Positions 19,189-28,969 of a DNA stretch of 41,206 bases are shown one piece after another. The notes under the pieces were generated by a model. That model was not told the DNA's origin. It did no database searches and was given only the letters and a program-made list of their open reading frames with translations. Source of the DNA: Hydrogenothermaceae bacterium (GTDB lineage Bacteria > Aquificota > Aquificia > Aquificales > Hydrogenothermaceae); assembly GCA_026985705.1 (NCBI GenBank), contig JALSPY010000115.1, positions 1-41,206 on the forward strand, given 5' to 3'. The translations under genes and the position numbers were made by a program. How positions within the stretch are numbered: position 1 is the stretch's first letter; every line of letters begins with the position of its first letter.

Positions 19189-20424
19189 ATGTTAAAAGAA
19201 AGAGGATATGTATACGTAGACCATTTAGCTACAACACCTGTAGCAGAAGAAGTTTTAGAAGCGATGATGCCTTATTATAGAGACCAATTTGGTAATCCCA
19301 CTTCACTACACCAGTTCGGAGTTAATGCTAAAAAGGCTATAAATAAGGCTAGAGAGCAGATAGCACAGCTTTTAAATATAAAGAAACCTGAAGAGATAGT
19401 TTACACATCAGGAGCTATAGAAGCTAATAACTTAGCTATAAAAGGTTATGCTAAAGCTCCGGGTATAACAAGAAGGGGAAAACATATAGTCGTTTCTGCT
19501 ATAGAGCATCATTCAGTTTTACACTCTGCTAAAACTTTAGAGAAGGAAGGTTTTGAGATTACATATCTAAAACCTGATAAATATGGTTTATTCACACCTG
19601 AACAGGTAAAGGAAGCAGTAAGAGAAGATACTATACTTGTTTCAATAGGATTAGCTAATAGGGAGATTGGGACAGTTCAAGATTTAAAGGAGCTTGTTAA
19701 AGCAGCTAAAGAGAAAAATCCACGAGTTGTGTTCCACTCTGATATAGCTCCAGCTGTTGGACATATGCCAGTAGATATAGAAGATTTAGGTTTAGATATG
19801 GCATCTTTCACAGGTCATTACTTCTATGCTCCTAAAGGAATTGGTGGTCTTTATGTAAAAAAAGGAGTTAGATTAAAACCATTGATAGAAGGTGGTATTC
19901 AAGAAGGTGGGAGAAGAGCTGGAACAGAGCCTGTTCCTGAAATTGTTGGAATGGGGGTTGCTGCTGAGTTAGCAATAAAAGAAATGGATGATAGAGTAAA
20001 CAGATTGAAAGCTCTAAGGGATAAATTATATAAAGGATTAGAAGAAAAGATAGATTATAAATTCTTTACAGGTCATCCTGAAAAGAGACTTCCTAACCAT
20101 CTATCGTTAATTGTGATGTATATTGAAGGGGAAGCTATGTTATTAATGCTAAACTATAAGAAGATTTATGCTGCATCTGGCTCAGCATGTGTTTCATACG
20201 CATTAAAACAGTCTCATGTCCTAGAAGCTATAGGAGTTGAGAAGGAGACTTCAAACGGCTCAATAGTTTTCTCACTTGGAAGGGAAAACACAGAAGAGGA
20301 TATAGACTATATCTTAGAAGAGTATCCTAAAGTAATACAGAGATTAAGAGAAATATCTCCTTTTGGACCTGAAAACTGGGACCAATTTACTAAAAAAGCC
20401 TCTAAATATAAAAATGTAGGTTAA
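19189..20424 (+). CDS. NifS/IscS-like class V aminotransferase-fold protein lacking the PLP-binding lysine
   Basis: 411 aa and colinear with cysteine desulfurases (AIEHHSVLH, FHSD, SGSACVS active-site Cys loop). The SxHK motif reads SFTGHYFYAPKGIGGLYV, with Tyr211 (TAC 19819-19821) in place of Lys. Confidence 0.9.
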   Translation: MLKERGYVYVDHLATTPVAEEVLEAMMPYYRDQFGNPTSLHQFGVNAKKAINKAREQIAQLLNIKKPEEIVYTSGAIEANNLAIKGYAKAPGITRRGKHIVVSAIEHHSVLHSAKTLEKEGFEITYLKPDKYGLFTPEQVKEAVREDTILVSIGLANREIGTVQDLKELVKAAKEKNPRVVFHSDIAPAVGHMPVDIEDLGLDMASFTGHYFYAPKGIGGLYVKKGVRLKPLIEGGIQEGGRRAGTEPVPEIVGMGVAAELAIKEMDDRVNRLKALRDKLYKGLEEKIDYKFFTGHPEKRLPNHLSLIVMYIEGEAMLLMLNYKKIYAASGSACVSYALKQSHVLEAIGVEKETSNGSIVFSLGRENTEEDIDYILEEYPKVIQRLREISPFGPENWDQFTKKASKYKNVG

Positions 20425-20447
20425 TTCTTTCCCTTTCTTCTTTTTTT

Positions 20448-21041
20448 ATGAAGGAAAATAAATTTGTTGTTTGTATAACTGGAGCAAGTGGTGTTATATA
20501 CGGTATAAGATTAATGGAAGAGCTAAGTAAAGTAGGAAAGGTCTATGTTGTCGTTTCAAAAAATGGATATATAGTAATGGAAAAGGAGCATAAAATAAAA
20601 AAAACAGATTTTTTAAAAAAATATTTTAATAATCCTAATATTGAGATTGTATCGGATAGAAATATAGCTTCAAAGTTAGCAAGTGGTTCCTTTCTAACTA
20701 ACTTTAAAGGTGTAATTATAGCTCCATGTTCTATGTCAACTTTAGGGGCTATAGCAAATGGAGTTAATTATAATCTTATTCACAGAATATCAGAGGTTGC
20801 TTTGAAAGAAAGAGTTAAACTTATTCTTCTAGTTAGAGAAATGCCATACTCTCTAATTCATATAGAAAATATGAGAAAAATTACATTATCAGGAGGAATT
20901 ATAGCTCCCGCTTCGCCATCATTTTATCACTATCCAACTACAGTTGAGGATATGGTTAATTTTGTTGTAGGGAAAATATTAGATTTAATTGGTATTGAAA
21001 ATAATCTATATAGAAGATGGAATAACAGAGATGAAAATTAA
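20448..21041 (+). CDS. ubiX: flavin prenyltransferase UbiX
   Basis: 197 aa with VCITGASG and IAPCSMSTLGAIANG motifs. Confidence 0.92.
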   Translation: MKENKFVVCITGASGVIYGIRLMEELSKVGKVYVVVSKNGYIVMEKEHKIKKTDFLKKYFNNPNIEIVSDRNIASKLASGSFLTNFKGVIIAPCSMSTLGAIANGVNYNLIHRISEVALKERVKLILLVREMPYSLIHIENMRKITLSGGIIAPASPSFYHYPTTVEDMVNFVVGKILDLIGIENNLYRRWNNRDEN

Positions 21042-21083
21042 CAAATAGCTTTATTAAATAAATCCAATAATATCTTAAAAAGG

Positions 21084-21112
21084 TTAAAAAAAGTATAAAA
21101 TCATATTATAAT
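21084..21112 (+). promoter_or_regulatory. putative sigma70-type promoter of the infA-rplQ block
   Basis: TTAAAA (21084-21089), a 17-nt spacer, then a perfect TATAAT (21107-21112), about 45 nt upstream of infA. Confidence 0.4.
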
Positions 21113-21156
21113 ATTGTTTTGCTTAAGAAGTTTTCTAAACATATTAAGGAGGTATA

Positions 21157-21393
21157 ATGGCAAAAAAGAAAAAGGAGAACAAAAAAGAAGATGCTATTGT
21201 TGTGGAGGGAACAGTTGAAGAGGCACTACCAAATGCTATGTTTAGAGTAAAGTTAGATACTGGACATACAATTTTAGCACATGTATCAGGTAAAATGAGA
21301 ATGCATTTTATTAAGATTTTACCGGGAGATAAAGTAAGAGTAGAACTATCTCCATATGATTTAACTAGAGGAAGAATAATTTTTAGACTATAA
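21157..21393 (+). CDS. infA: translation initiation factor IF-1
   Basis: 78 aa with the S1-like core [45 protein letters not shown]. Lys-rich N-terminal extension. Confidence 0.97.
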   Translation: MAKKKKENKKEDAIVVEGTVEEALPNAMFRVKLDTGHTILAHVSGKMRMHFIKILPGDKVRVELSPYDLTRGRIIFRL

Positions 21394-21410
21394 AAATGGA
21401 GGTTATATAA

Positions 21411-21524
21411 ATGAAAGTTAGGTCTTCAGTAAAAAAGAGATGTGAAAAATGTAGAATTATAAAGAGAAAAGGCAAAGTAATGGTTATATGTGAAAATCCT
21501 AAACATAAACAAAGACAAGGTTAA
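21411..21524 (+). CDS. rpmJ: 50S ribosomal protein L36
   Basis: Own translation: [37 protein letters not shown] (37 aa). Below the ORF track cutoff. GGAGG upstream. Confidence 0.95.
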   Translation: MKVRSSVKKRCEKCRIIKRKGKVMVICENPKHKQRQG

Positions 21525-21536
21525 GGAGGTTTATAG

Positions 21537-21899
21537 ATGGCTCGTATAGCAGGAGTAGATTTACCAGACAGAAAAAGATTAGAAATAGCTCTAACCTACA
21601 TCTATGGTATAGGTAAAACCAGAGCTAAGGAGATTTTAGAAAAAACTGGAATAGATGGAATGAAAAGGGTTGGGGAGTTAACTCCTGATGAATTAAATGC
21701 AATAAGAAAATTTATAGAGCAAAATTACAAAGTTGAAGGGGATTTAAGAAGAGAAGTTGCAGTTAATATAAAGAAATTGATGGATATGGGATGTTATAGG
21801 GGTATAAGACATAGATTAGGTTTACCAGTTAGGGGGCAGAGAACAAAAACTAATGCTAAAACTAGAAGAAAGTTTACAGGAAGAATTAAGAAAAAATAG
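21537..21899 (+). CDS. rpsM: 30S ribosomal protein S13
   Basis: 120 aa, [10 protein letters not shown]...IYGIG. GGAGG RBS. Confidence 0.98.
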   Translation: MARIAGVDLPDRKRLEIALTYIYGIGKTRAKEILEKTGIDGMKRVGELTPDELNAIRKFIEQNYKVEGDLRREVAVNIKKLMDMGCYRGIRHRLGLPVRGQRTKTNAKTRRKFTGRIKKK

Positions 21900-21915
21900 G
21901 AGGGATTAGCGAAGA

Positions 21916-22308
21916 ATGGCTAGAAGAAAAAAAGGTGGAAAGAAAAAAGTTAAAAGAACTGTTCCGTATGGAATAGCTCATATACAGGCTACATTTAACA
22001 ACACAATAGTAACAATTACAGACAAAGAAGGTAATGTATTAACTTGGGCTTCTGGTGGAACTGAAGGTTTTAAAGGAACTAGAAAATCAACACCTTATGC
22101 AGCTCAAAAGGCAGCAGAAAAGGCAGCAAAAAGAGCTATTGAAGAGTTTGGTATGAAAGACGTTGAAATATGGGTTAAAGGTCCGGGAGCAGGAAGGGAA
22201 ACTGCTATAAAAACAATTCAAGCAGCAGGTTTAAATGTCAAAGTTATAAAAGATGTTACTCCTATACCACATAACGGTTGTAGACCACCAGCTAAAAGGA
22301 GGGTTTAA
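21916..22308 (+). CDS. rpsK: 30S ribosomal protein S11
   Basis: 130 aa, [18 protein letters not shown]...[12 protein letters not shown]-like C-terminus. Confidence 0.98.
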   Translation: MARRKKGGKKKVKRTVPYGIAHIQATFNNTIVTITDKEGNVLTWASGGTEGFKGTRKSTPYAAQKAAEKAAKRAIEEFGMKDVEIWVKGPGAGRETAIKTIQAAGLNVKVIKDVTPIPHNGCRPPAKRRV

Positions 22309-22311
22309 TCA

Positions 22312-22941
22312 ATGGGAAGATATTTAGGACCATTAACTAGAGTAAGTAGAAGATTAGGTGTTTTTGTAGGAGGAAGTTTAAAAGCTTTCAATAAAAGAAA
22401 TTTTCCACCGGGACAACACGGTAGAGTTCAAGGCAGAAAGAGAAAATTATCTGACTATGCTATCCGTTTACAAGAAAAACAAAAATTAAGATATCTATAC
22501 GGTGGATTAAGAGAAGGGCAGTTTAAAAGATATTTTGATGAAGCAGCAAGAATTGCTGGTAATAAAGGTGGAAACACAGGGGAAATCTTACTACAACTAT
22601 TAGAGAGAAGATTAGATAATGTTGTTTACAGACTTGGTTTTGCCAAAACGAGAAGACAAGCTAGACAGATGGTAGTTCATGGACACTTCTTAGTTAATGG
22701 AAAAAAGGTAAATAAACCTGCTTATCAAGTTGATGTTGGAGACGTAATAGAGTTAAGAGAAAAAAGTAAAAAATCTCCTTTATTCAAAGAAAATTTAGAA
22801 AACAAAGACCCAAGAACTATTCCAGAGTGGTTAGAGCTTGATAAAGAAAACTTCAGAGGTAAAGTTGTATCATTACCTGAGAAAGTAGAGTTAGAGATAC
22901 CTGTAGATGTTCAGCTCATCATTGAGTACTACTCTGGATAA
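22312..22941 (+). CDS. rpsD: 30S ribosomal protein S4
   Basis: 209 aa, MGRYLGP...LQEKQKLRYLYG...LERRLDNVVYRLGFA. Confidence 0.98.
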   Translation: MGRYLGPLTRVSRRLGVFVGGSLKAFNKRNFPPGQHGRVQGRKRKLSDYAIRLQEKQKLRYLYGGLREGQFKRYFDEAARIAGNKGGNTGEILLQLLERRLDNVVYRLGFAKTRRQARQMVVHGHFLVNGKKVNKPAYQVDVGDVIELREKSKKSPLFKENLENKDPRTIPEWLELDKENFRGKVVSLPEKVELEIPVDVQLIIEYYSG

Positions 22942-22970
22942 ATTAAATCTTAAAGGAGGGAAAAAAGCCT

Positions 22971-23942
22971 ATGCCCTTTTTAGAATTTAAATTCCCAGAG
23001 AAGATATACTGGGATGAAACTTCAAAAACAGAAACATTCGGAAGACTGTATGTAGAACCGTTAGAGAGAGGATATGGAATAACTTTAGGAAATGCTTTAA
23101 GAAGAGTTTTACTTTCTTCTTTAGAAAGTGGAGCTATTACATATGTTAGAATTCAGAATGTTCCCCATGAATTTACAACTATAGATGGTGTAATAGAGGA
23201 TGTTTCAGAGATTGTTTTAAATTTAAAACAGATAAAATTTAAGATGGATGAAAATATAGAAAGTGATTATGCAATTCTTGAGTTTAAGGGACCCGGTGAA
23301 ATAAAGGCTAAAGATATTAAATTACCTGCAGGAATAAAGGCGGTAAATCCTGATACACACATTGCAACAGTTGATGGTGATGTTGAAGTTAAGATGGAGT
23401 TTAAGATAGAGAAGGGAAGAGGATATATAACTGTAGAGGAAATGGAAAAGCCAACAACTATAGGATGGATACCTATAGATACTGCATTTTCTCCTATAAA
23501 AAGATGCACTTATAAAGTTGAACCTAAGAGAATTGAAGGAAAGGCTTATGAAAAGTTGATGTTAGAGTTTGAAACAGATGGTACAATCACTCCGGATGAA
23601 GCTCTAAAGGAAGCTGTAAAGCTTTTAATAAAACATTTTGAATTATTGTTAAATCCTTCTACTAGAAAAGTTGATGTTATTAGAAAAACTGAACCAGAAA
23701 GTATAGCTGCTAGATTAGAGGCTGACAAACTATCTTTAGCAATAGAAGAGTTAGAAATATCATCTAGAGCTACAAATACACTTAAGAAGTTAGGAATAGA
23801 AACTATAGGAGATTTAGTGAAAAAGACAGAGGAAGATTTAAAGGAAGCTAAAAGTATAGGTAGAAAGGCTTTAAAGGAGATAAAAGAGGCACTTGCAGAG
23901 CTTGGATTATCTTTAGCACCATCTCCAAACAAAAAAGAGTAA
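22971..23942 (+). CDS. rpoA: DNA-directed RNA polymerase subunit alpha
   Basis: 323 aa, LERGYGITLGNALRRVLLSS, with a C-terminal domain containing ELEISSRATNTLKKLGIETIGDL. Confidence 0.98.
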   Translation: MPFLEFKFPEKIYWDETSKTETFGRLYVEPLERGYGITLGNALRRVLLSSLESGAITYVRIQNVPHEFTTIDGVIEDVSEIVLNLKQIKFKMDENIESDYAILEFKGPGEIKAKDIKLPAGIKAVNPDTHIATVDGDVEVKMEFKIEKGRGYITVEEMEKPTTIGWIPIDTAFSPIKRCTYKVEPKRIEGKAYEKLMLEFETDGTITPDEALKEAVKLLIKHFELLLNPSTRKVDVIRKTEPESIAARLEADKLSLAIEELEISSRATNTLKKLGIETIGDLVKKTEEDLKEAKSIGRKALKEIKEALAELGLSLAPSPNKKE

Positions 23943-23963
23943 TTAGGAGGTAAGAGAGAAAAA

Positions 23964-24341
23964 ATGAGACATAGAGTTAAAACTAAAAGTTTTAGCAGAC
24001 CAAAGGAGCAGAGAGAAGCTTTATTTATAAATTTAGCATGTGAGTTAATAGAACATGGCAGAATTGAAACAACTTTAGCTAAAGCTAAATATTTAAGACC
24101 TATTGTTGAGAAATTAATAACTTTAGCTAAAAAACAAACAATCCATTCTAGAAGATTATTAAACTCCAGATTGAGAGGAAATACAAAAATAGCTACAAAA
24201 TTATTTAAAGAGATAGCTCCTCTTTATAAGGATAGAAACGGTGGGTACACAAGAATTTATAAGTTAGATAAGAGAAGAAGAGGAGATGATGCTGAGCTTG
24301 CTATAATAGAATTAGTAGATTACCCATTTGAAGAAAAATAA
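23964..24341 (+). CDS. rplQ: 50S ribosomal protein L17
   Basis: 125 aa, MRHRVKTKSFSRP...GGYTRIYKL. Confidence 0.97.
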   Translation: MRHRVKTKSFSRPKEQREALFINLACELIEHGRIETTLAKAKYLRPIVEKLITLAKKQTIHSRRLLNSRLRGNTKIATKLFKEIAPLYKDRNGGYTRIYKLDKRRRGDDAELAIIELVDYPFEEK

Positions 24342-24344
24342 AAG

Positions 24345-24647
24345 ATGTATATACTAGGAAATTTTTTTGAAGCTCTGTCCACTGTTGTGGACCTCATTCT
24401 CACCCTTTATATGTGGATTGTTATAGTATCTACGGTCTTATCGTGGGTTAGTCCTGATCCTTACAATCCTATAGTAAGAACAATAAGAAATTTAACAGAA
24501 CCTGTTTACTCTAAGATAAGAAGAGTTATTCCTACAGTTTATGGAAATATAGATTTTGCACCATTTATAGTAATATTAATAATAATATTTTTAAGGATTT
24601 TCCTTGTAAAAACACTTCATCAAATTGGTTATAATCTAAATCATTAG
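24345..24647 (+). CDS. yggT: YggT-family membrane protein
   Basis: 100 aa with two TM helices and the YGGT pattern VLSWVSPDPYNPIVRTIRNLTEPVYSKIRRVIP..IDFAP. Starts 3 nt after the rplQ stop. Confidence 0.8.
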   Translation: MYILGNFFEALSTVVDLILTLYMWIVIVSTVLSWVSPDPYNPIVRTIRNLTEPVYSKIRRVIPTVYGNIDFAPFIVILIIIFLRIFLVKTLHQIGYNLNH

Positions 24648-24662
24648 TAAAAAGAGGTTTGT

Positions 24663-25790
24663 ATGAATTTAGATGCTATACTTATAGAGGCATTAAAGAA
24701 AAAAGCTTCTGACATTCATTTAAAAGTAAACTCTCCTCCTATAATAAGAGTTAGTAGACATATAGAGAAATTACCTACAAAGCCTTTAACTGTAGATAAT
24801 ATTTTATCTTTTGTGAAACAGGTAGTTAAAAGTCAGAAGAAATTACAGGAGCTTGTTGAAAAAGGAGAGTTAGACATATCTTACTCTATTCCTAAAGTAA
24901 GCAGATTCAGAGTAAATATATACAGACAGAGAGGAACGTATGCTTTTGCCTTCAGGGCTTTAAAAAATAAAATCCCTAAGATTGAGGAGCTTAACCTTCC
25001 TATAAAGTTAAAAGAAATAGCTCTAGAGCCTAGAGGTTTAGTATTAGTTACCGGTCCTACAGGTTCAGGAAAATCTACAACATTAGCTTCAATGATTGAT
25101 TATAGAAATGAAAACTCCCAAGATGTTATTATTACAATTGAGGACCCTATAGAGTATATATACCAAGACAAAAAATGTTATATAGTTCAGAGGGAAATAG
25201 GATTAGATACAAGCAGTTTTTCTAGTGCATTAAGAGCTGCCTTGAGAGAAGACCCAGATGTAATACTTGTTGGAGAGATGAGAGATTTAGAAACGATAGA
25301 AATAGCACTAAGGGCTGCTGAAACAGGACACCTAGTTTTTTCAACATTACACACCCAAGATGCTAAAGATACTTTAAATAGAATTATAGATATGTTCCCT
25401 GCTGAAGAACAGAATCATATAAGAATAATGTTAGCTTCAACACTTAGGGCTATAATATCTCAAAGATTAATACCTAGAAAAGATGGTCAAGGAGTTATTC
25501 CTGCAATTGAGATATTAATAAATGTTGGTGCTATATACGACGCACTTATGGACTCAGATAAACTGGATGAAGTTCCAGAACTTATGGAAAAGGGGAGAAA
25601 ACAGTATGGAACACAGACTTTTGACCAGGCAATATACGATTTATACACTCAAGGTTTAATTGATTATGAAAATGCGTTAAAGTATGCAACAAATCCTACT
25701 GACCTAGACCTAAAGATAAAAGGTATTTCCACAGACGATGATGAAAAGTTTAATTTTGGTTTTGGAGGTGACGATAAGAAAAAGTTCTAA
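24663..25790 (+). CDS. pilT: type IV pilus retraction ATPase PilT
   Basis: 375 aa with Walker A GPTGSGKSTTLA, the Asp/His boxes ILVGEMRDLETI and GHLVFSTLHT, and the PilT-type N-terminus ASDIHL. Confidence 0.9.
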   Translation: MNLDAILIEALKKKASDIHLKVNSPPIIRVSRHIEKLPTKPLTVDNILSFVKQVVKSQKKLQELVEKGELDISYSIPKVSRFRVNIYRQRGTYAFAFRALKNKIPKIEELNLPIKLKEIALEPRGLVLVTGPTGSGKSTTLASMIDYRNENSQDVIITIEDPIEYIYQDKKCYIVQREIGLDTSSFSSALRAALREDPDVILVGEMRDLETIEIALRAAETGHLVFSTLHTQDAKDTLNRIIDMFPAEEQNHIRIMLASTLRAIISQRLIPRKDGQGVIPAIEILINVGAIYDALMDSDKLDEVPELMEKGRKQYGTQTFDQAIYDLYTQGLIDYENALKYATNPTDLDLKIKGISTDDDEKFNFGFGGDDKKKF

Positions 25791-26040
25791 ATTTTAATAT
25801 TTCTCAACTATTATCTTTATATAAGATAAAAAGTATCAATCTTTGAACTACTAAGTTAATTCCTTTTAGTTATTTTTATCTTCCCTTTTGATAAAAAAGA
25901 CATTAAATTAATAATTTTTACAATTTAATTTATACAATTTGAAAAATACCATATTAAAAATTGAAATACATTTCACTTCTTTTTCACAATCAACCTTCAT
26001 AATAATTAGAAAATTAAGGTAAAAAGTTGGAGGAGTTGTT

Positions 26041-26883
26041 ATGATGGCTAAGCAGGAACAAAATACATTAAATCTTTATATACAACACATGGCAGAACAT
26101 TCTTTGTTAACTCCTGAGGAGGAAAAAGAGTTAGCTATAAGGGCTAAAAATGGAGATAAAGAAGCGTTAAAAAAACTTGTTGAAGGAAATTTGAGATTTG
26201 TTATAAATGTTGCTAAAAATTTTACAGGTTGGGGAGTTCCCTTAACTGATTTAATTGCCGCTGGTAATTTGGGACTGATAGAAGCAGCTAAGAGATTTGA
26301 CCCAGACAAAGATGTAAAGTTTATATCTTATGCTGTTTGGTGGATAAGACAGGCTATAATGCAAACAATATTTCAACAAACAGGAGCAGTTAGAATTCCT
26401 GTAAAAGAGTCATTATTTATAAGTAAGGTAAAAGATGCCTATGAGAAGTTAAAAGAAAAATTAAAAAGAGAACCAACTATAGAAGAAATAGCAGAAGAAG
26501 TTGATGCAAGTCCTAGAAAGGTAAAAACTGCATTACAGATAGTTAGGGTTCCACTATCCTTTGACCAACCTATAAATGATGAAGAGGAGGACTTAACTCT
26601 GTTAGATTTAATTTCAAAAAGTGGCACTGAAGATGTAGAAAAGGAAGTTATTGAGGAAGCATTACATAAGGAAATTGATAAATTATTAAATGTTTTAGAT
26701 AAAAGAGAAAGAACAATTATAGAAGAGAGATTTGGTTTAAATGGAAAGGAGCCAAAAACTTTAAACGAGGTTGGAGAAAAGTTAGGTATATCTAGGGAAA
26801 GAGTTAGACAATTAGAGCAGAGGGCTTTAAAAAAACTTAGAACTTTAGCTATGAAAAGACATTTAAAGGATTTTCTCACTTAA
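26041..26883 (+). CDS. sigma-70 family sigma factor, compact RpoD/RpoS-like (group 2-like)
   Basis: 280 aa with region 2 (NLRFVINVAKNF...DLIAAGNLGLIEAAKRFDPDKDVKFISYAVWWIRQAI), region 3, and region 4.2 HTH (LNEVGEKLGISRERVRQLEQRAL). GGAGGAG RBS. Confidence 0.9.
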   Translation: MMAKQEQNTLNLYIQHMAEHSLLTPEEEKELAIRAKNGDKEALKKLVEGNLRFVINVAKNFTGWGVPLTDLIAAGNLGLIEAAKRFDPDKDVKFISYAVWWIRQAIMQTIFQQTGAVRIPVKESLFISKVKDAYEKLKEKLKREPTIEEIAEEVDASPRKVKTALQIVRVPLSFDQPINDEEEDLTLLDLISKSGTEDVEKEVIEEALHKEIDKLLNVLDKRERTIIEERFGLNGKEPKTLNEVGEKLGISRERVRQLEQRALKKLRTLAMKRHLKDFLT

Positions 26884-26931
26884 TCCTTTTTTCTTTATTT
26901 TTATGAAAAAATATTTCTAAAAATCTGATTT

Positions 26932-28278
26932 TCAAGGAAAAAGTATATTTATAGCCTCTTTAATATTACTTACTTTAATAACTTCTTTATCATTATTATC
27001 AGTAAATCTAGGAGCAATTATTTTATTTATATTGAATTTTTTACATTCTTTAATTCTTAAATCAGTATAATAAACAGACCTTGTTTCACCAGCCAGTCCC
27101 AACTCCCCAAATACTGCAATATCTGAAGGTATAGGTTTATTGAAATAGGAAGATGCTATAGCCAAAGCTAAAGGCAAATCTACAGCAGGCTCCTTTATAT
27201 AAATTCCACCAACAATATTTATAAAAATATCTTTATCTCCAAGCTTTAATCCTGCCTCTTTTTCAAGTATTGCTGTAATTATAGAAAGTTTATTAATATC
27301 TACTCCTTGTGTTTTTCTCTGAGGTATGCTGTAAAAACTTTTTGAAACTAAAGCTTGTATTTCCACTAGAATAGGTTTGGAGCCTTCTGTATAAGGGAAA
27401 ATTATACTTCCCGCTTTGTTTTGAGGTTTTTCTGATAGGAATAATGATGATGGCTCTTCAACTTCCTTTAATCCATAAGAAGTCATATTAAAGACTGCGA
27501 TTTCCCCAGTAGCACCAAACCTATTTTTTATAATTTTTAAAACTCTGTAAGCTTGCCCTCTCTCTCCTTCAAAGTATACCACTGTATCTACCAAATGTTC
27601 CAAAATTTTAGGTCCCGCTATACTACCTTCCTTTGTAATTTGACCAACTATAACAGTTGGTAAACTTTTCTGTTTAGCTATCTCTGTTAACTTTCCACTC
27701 GTTTCTCTAACTTGAGATACAGAGCCAGCTATACTTTCTAATCTTGGTGAGTATATAGTTTGAATTGAATCAACAATTAAAAATTCCGGTGTTAATTTAT
27801 CTATTGCATTTAAGATTACTTCTAAATTAGTTTCTGATAGTATGTAGAGATTTCCTGAAAGAGCATTTAATCTTTTACCTCTTAAATAAATCTGATTTGT
27901 TGCTTCTTCACCAGATATGTAAATAACTTTTTTTCCTGTCTTAGCTATATTAGAGGCAACTTGAAGAAGTAATGTAGATTTTCCTATTCCCGGCTCACCT
28001 GATAATAGCGTTACTTGACCAGTAATAAATCCCCCTGAAAGTGCCTCATCTAGATTTCTAAAACCTGTGGATAGTCTTTTTAAATTAATATTTTCTTCTA
28101 TTTCTGTGATAGGCTTCGGAATAGCTTCAGTTTCTATATTAAAATTTCCCTTTTTTGAATTTGTTATCTTTTCTTCAACTAATGTATTCCAACTTAAACA
28201 GTTAGGACATTTTCCATACCATCTTGGAAAGGTAGCTCCACAGTTAGAGCATATATATTTAGATTTGCCTTTAGCCAT
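26932..28278 (-). CDS. radA: DNA repair protein RadA/Sms
   Basis: 448 aa with zinc finger YICSNCG...CPNC, Walker A GEPGIGKST, the KNRFG motif and a Lon-protease-like C-terminal domain. Confidence 0.96.
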   Translation of the reverse strand: MAKGKSKYICSNCGATFPRWYGKCPNCLSWNTLVEEKITNSKKGNFNIETEAIPKPITEIEENINLKRLSTGFRNLDEALSGGFITGQVTLLSGEPGIGKSTLLLQVASNIAKTGKKVIYISGEEATNQIYLRGKRLNALSGNLYILSETNLEVILNAIDKLTPEFLIVDSIQTIYSPRLESIAGSVSQVRETSGKLTEIAKQKSLPTVIVGQITKEGSIAGPKILEHLVDTVVYFEGERGQAYRVLKIIKNRFGATGEIAVFNMTSYGLKEVEEPSSLFLSEKPQNKAGSIIFPYTEGSKPILVEIQALVSKSFYSIPQRKTQGVDINKLSIITAILEKEAGLKLGDKDIFINIVGGIYIKEPAVDLPLALAIASSYFNKPIPSDIAVFGELGLAGETRSVYYTDLRIKECKKFNINKIIAPRFTDNNDKEVIKVSNIKEAINILFP

Positions 28279-28930
28279 TAAATCCTAAAGATTTAGATAT
28301 TTTCTTGGCAGTGTTTAAAAGCTCAGTTTCAAATTTATAAACATTATTTGGATTAAGTCTGCTTATCGGAGCAACTATTGATAAAGCCGCCGCAGTATTA
28401 CCATCTTTATTTTTTATAACTGTTGCAATTTCTGAAACTTCAGGCTCTGTTTCTTCAAAGTCATACTCTAGTTTGAAACCCTTAGTTTGAGGAGACCTTA
28501 ATACTTTTCCTGAAGCGGTGGTTTCTGCAGAGTATCTTTTTGCAATTCTAGAGCTTACTAAAACAGCCTTTTTACTTTCCTCCATCTGTAAATAAATCAC
28601 TTCATCTCTATGTAATATAGACAGATAAACAGTTTCGCCTGTTTTATTCCTTAACTCTTTCAAAAAAGGTTTTGCTACAAAGAAGAAATCTAGATTGTGA
28701 ATATACGCTTTTTCTAAATACAAAAATTTCATTCCTAGCCGATAATTCTTTTTTTCATCCTGTTCAACCAAACCTTTTAAAGATAGAGTTGTTAATAATC
28801 TAAAAACATTATTTTTATTCAATCCTAAAAGCTGACTTAACTCTGTAACACCAACAGATTTTTTGTCCTTTAATACTTCTATTAAATCTAAAGCTTTCTC
28901 CACAGATTTTTTTGTTCTTTTCTTTTTCAT
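28271..28930 (-). CDS. IclR-family transcriptional regulator (short form)
   Basis: 219 aa with an N-terminal winged HTH (ALDLIEVLKD...VTELSQLLGLNKNNVFRLLTTLSLKGLVEQ) and a compact effector domain. Its stop overlaps the radA start by 8 nt. Confidence 0.8.
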   Translation of the reverse strand: MKKKRTKKSVEKALDLIEVLKDKKSVGVTELSQLLGLNKNNVFRLLTTLSLKGLVEQDEKKNYRLGMKFLYLEKAYIHNLDFFFVAKPFLKELRNKTGETVYLSILHRDEVIYLQMEESKKAVLVSSRIAKRYSAETTASGKVLRSPQTKGFKLEYDFEETEPEVSEIATVIKNKDGNTAAALSIVAPISRLNPNNVYKFETELLNTAKKISKSLGFNG

Positions 28931-28969
28931 AATTGATTAAGCTAAAAAATAAGATCCTATTTTATAATT

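Noticed and set aside
23267-23932. 80-aa and 128-aa antisense ORFs inside rpoA
   Set aside because: They lie opposite a highly conserved gene, are Ser-rich and low-complexity, and have no RBS.
25921-25995. ACAATTT-containing motifs upstream of the sigma factor gene (TTTACAATTTAA, TATACAATTTGA, TTCACAATCAAC) resembling the globin-upstream repeat core
   Set aside because: The shared core is only about 7 nt of AT-rich sequence, with tens of occurrences expected per window. It needs a genome-wide motif test before any claim.
26076-26879. 77-aa and 146-aa antisense ORFs inside the sigma factor gene
   Set aside because: Same reasoning: these are shadow ORFs typical of AAR/GAR-rich coding strands (the antisense strand is rich in Phe/Ser/Leu codons).
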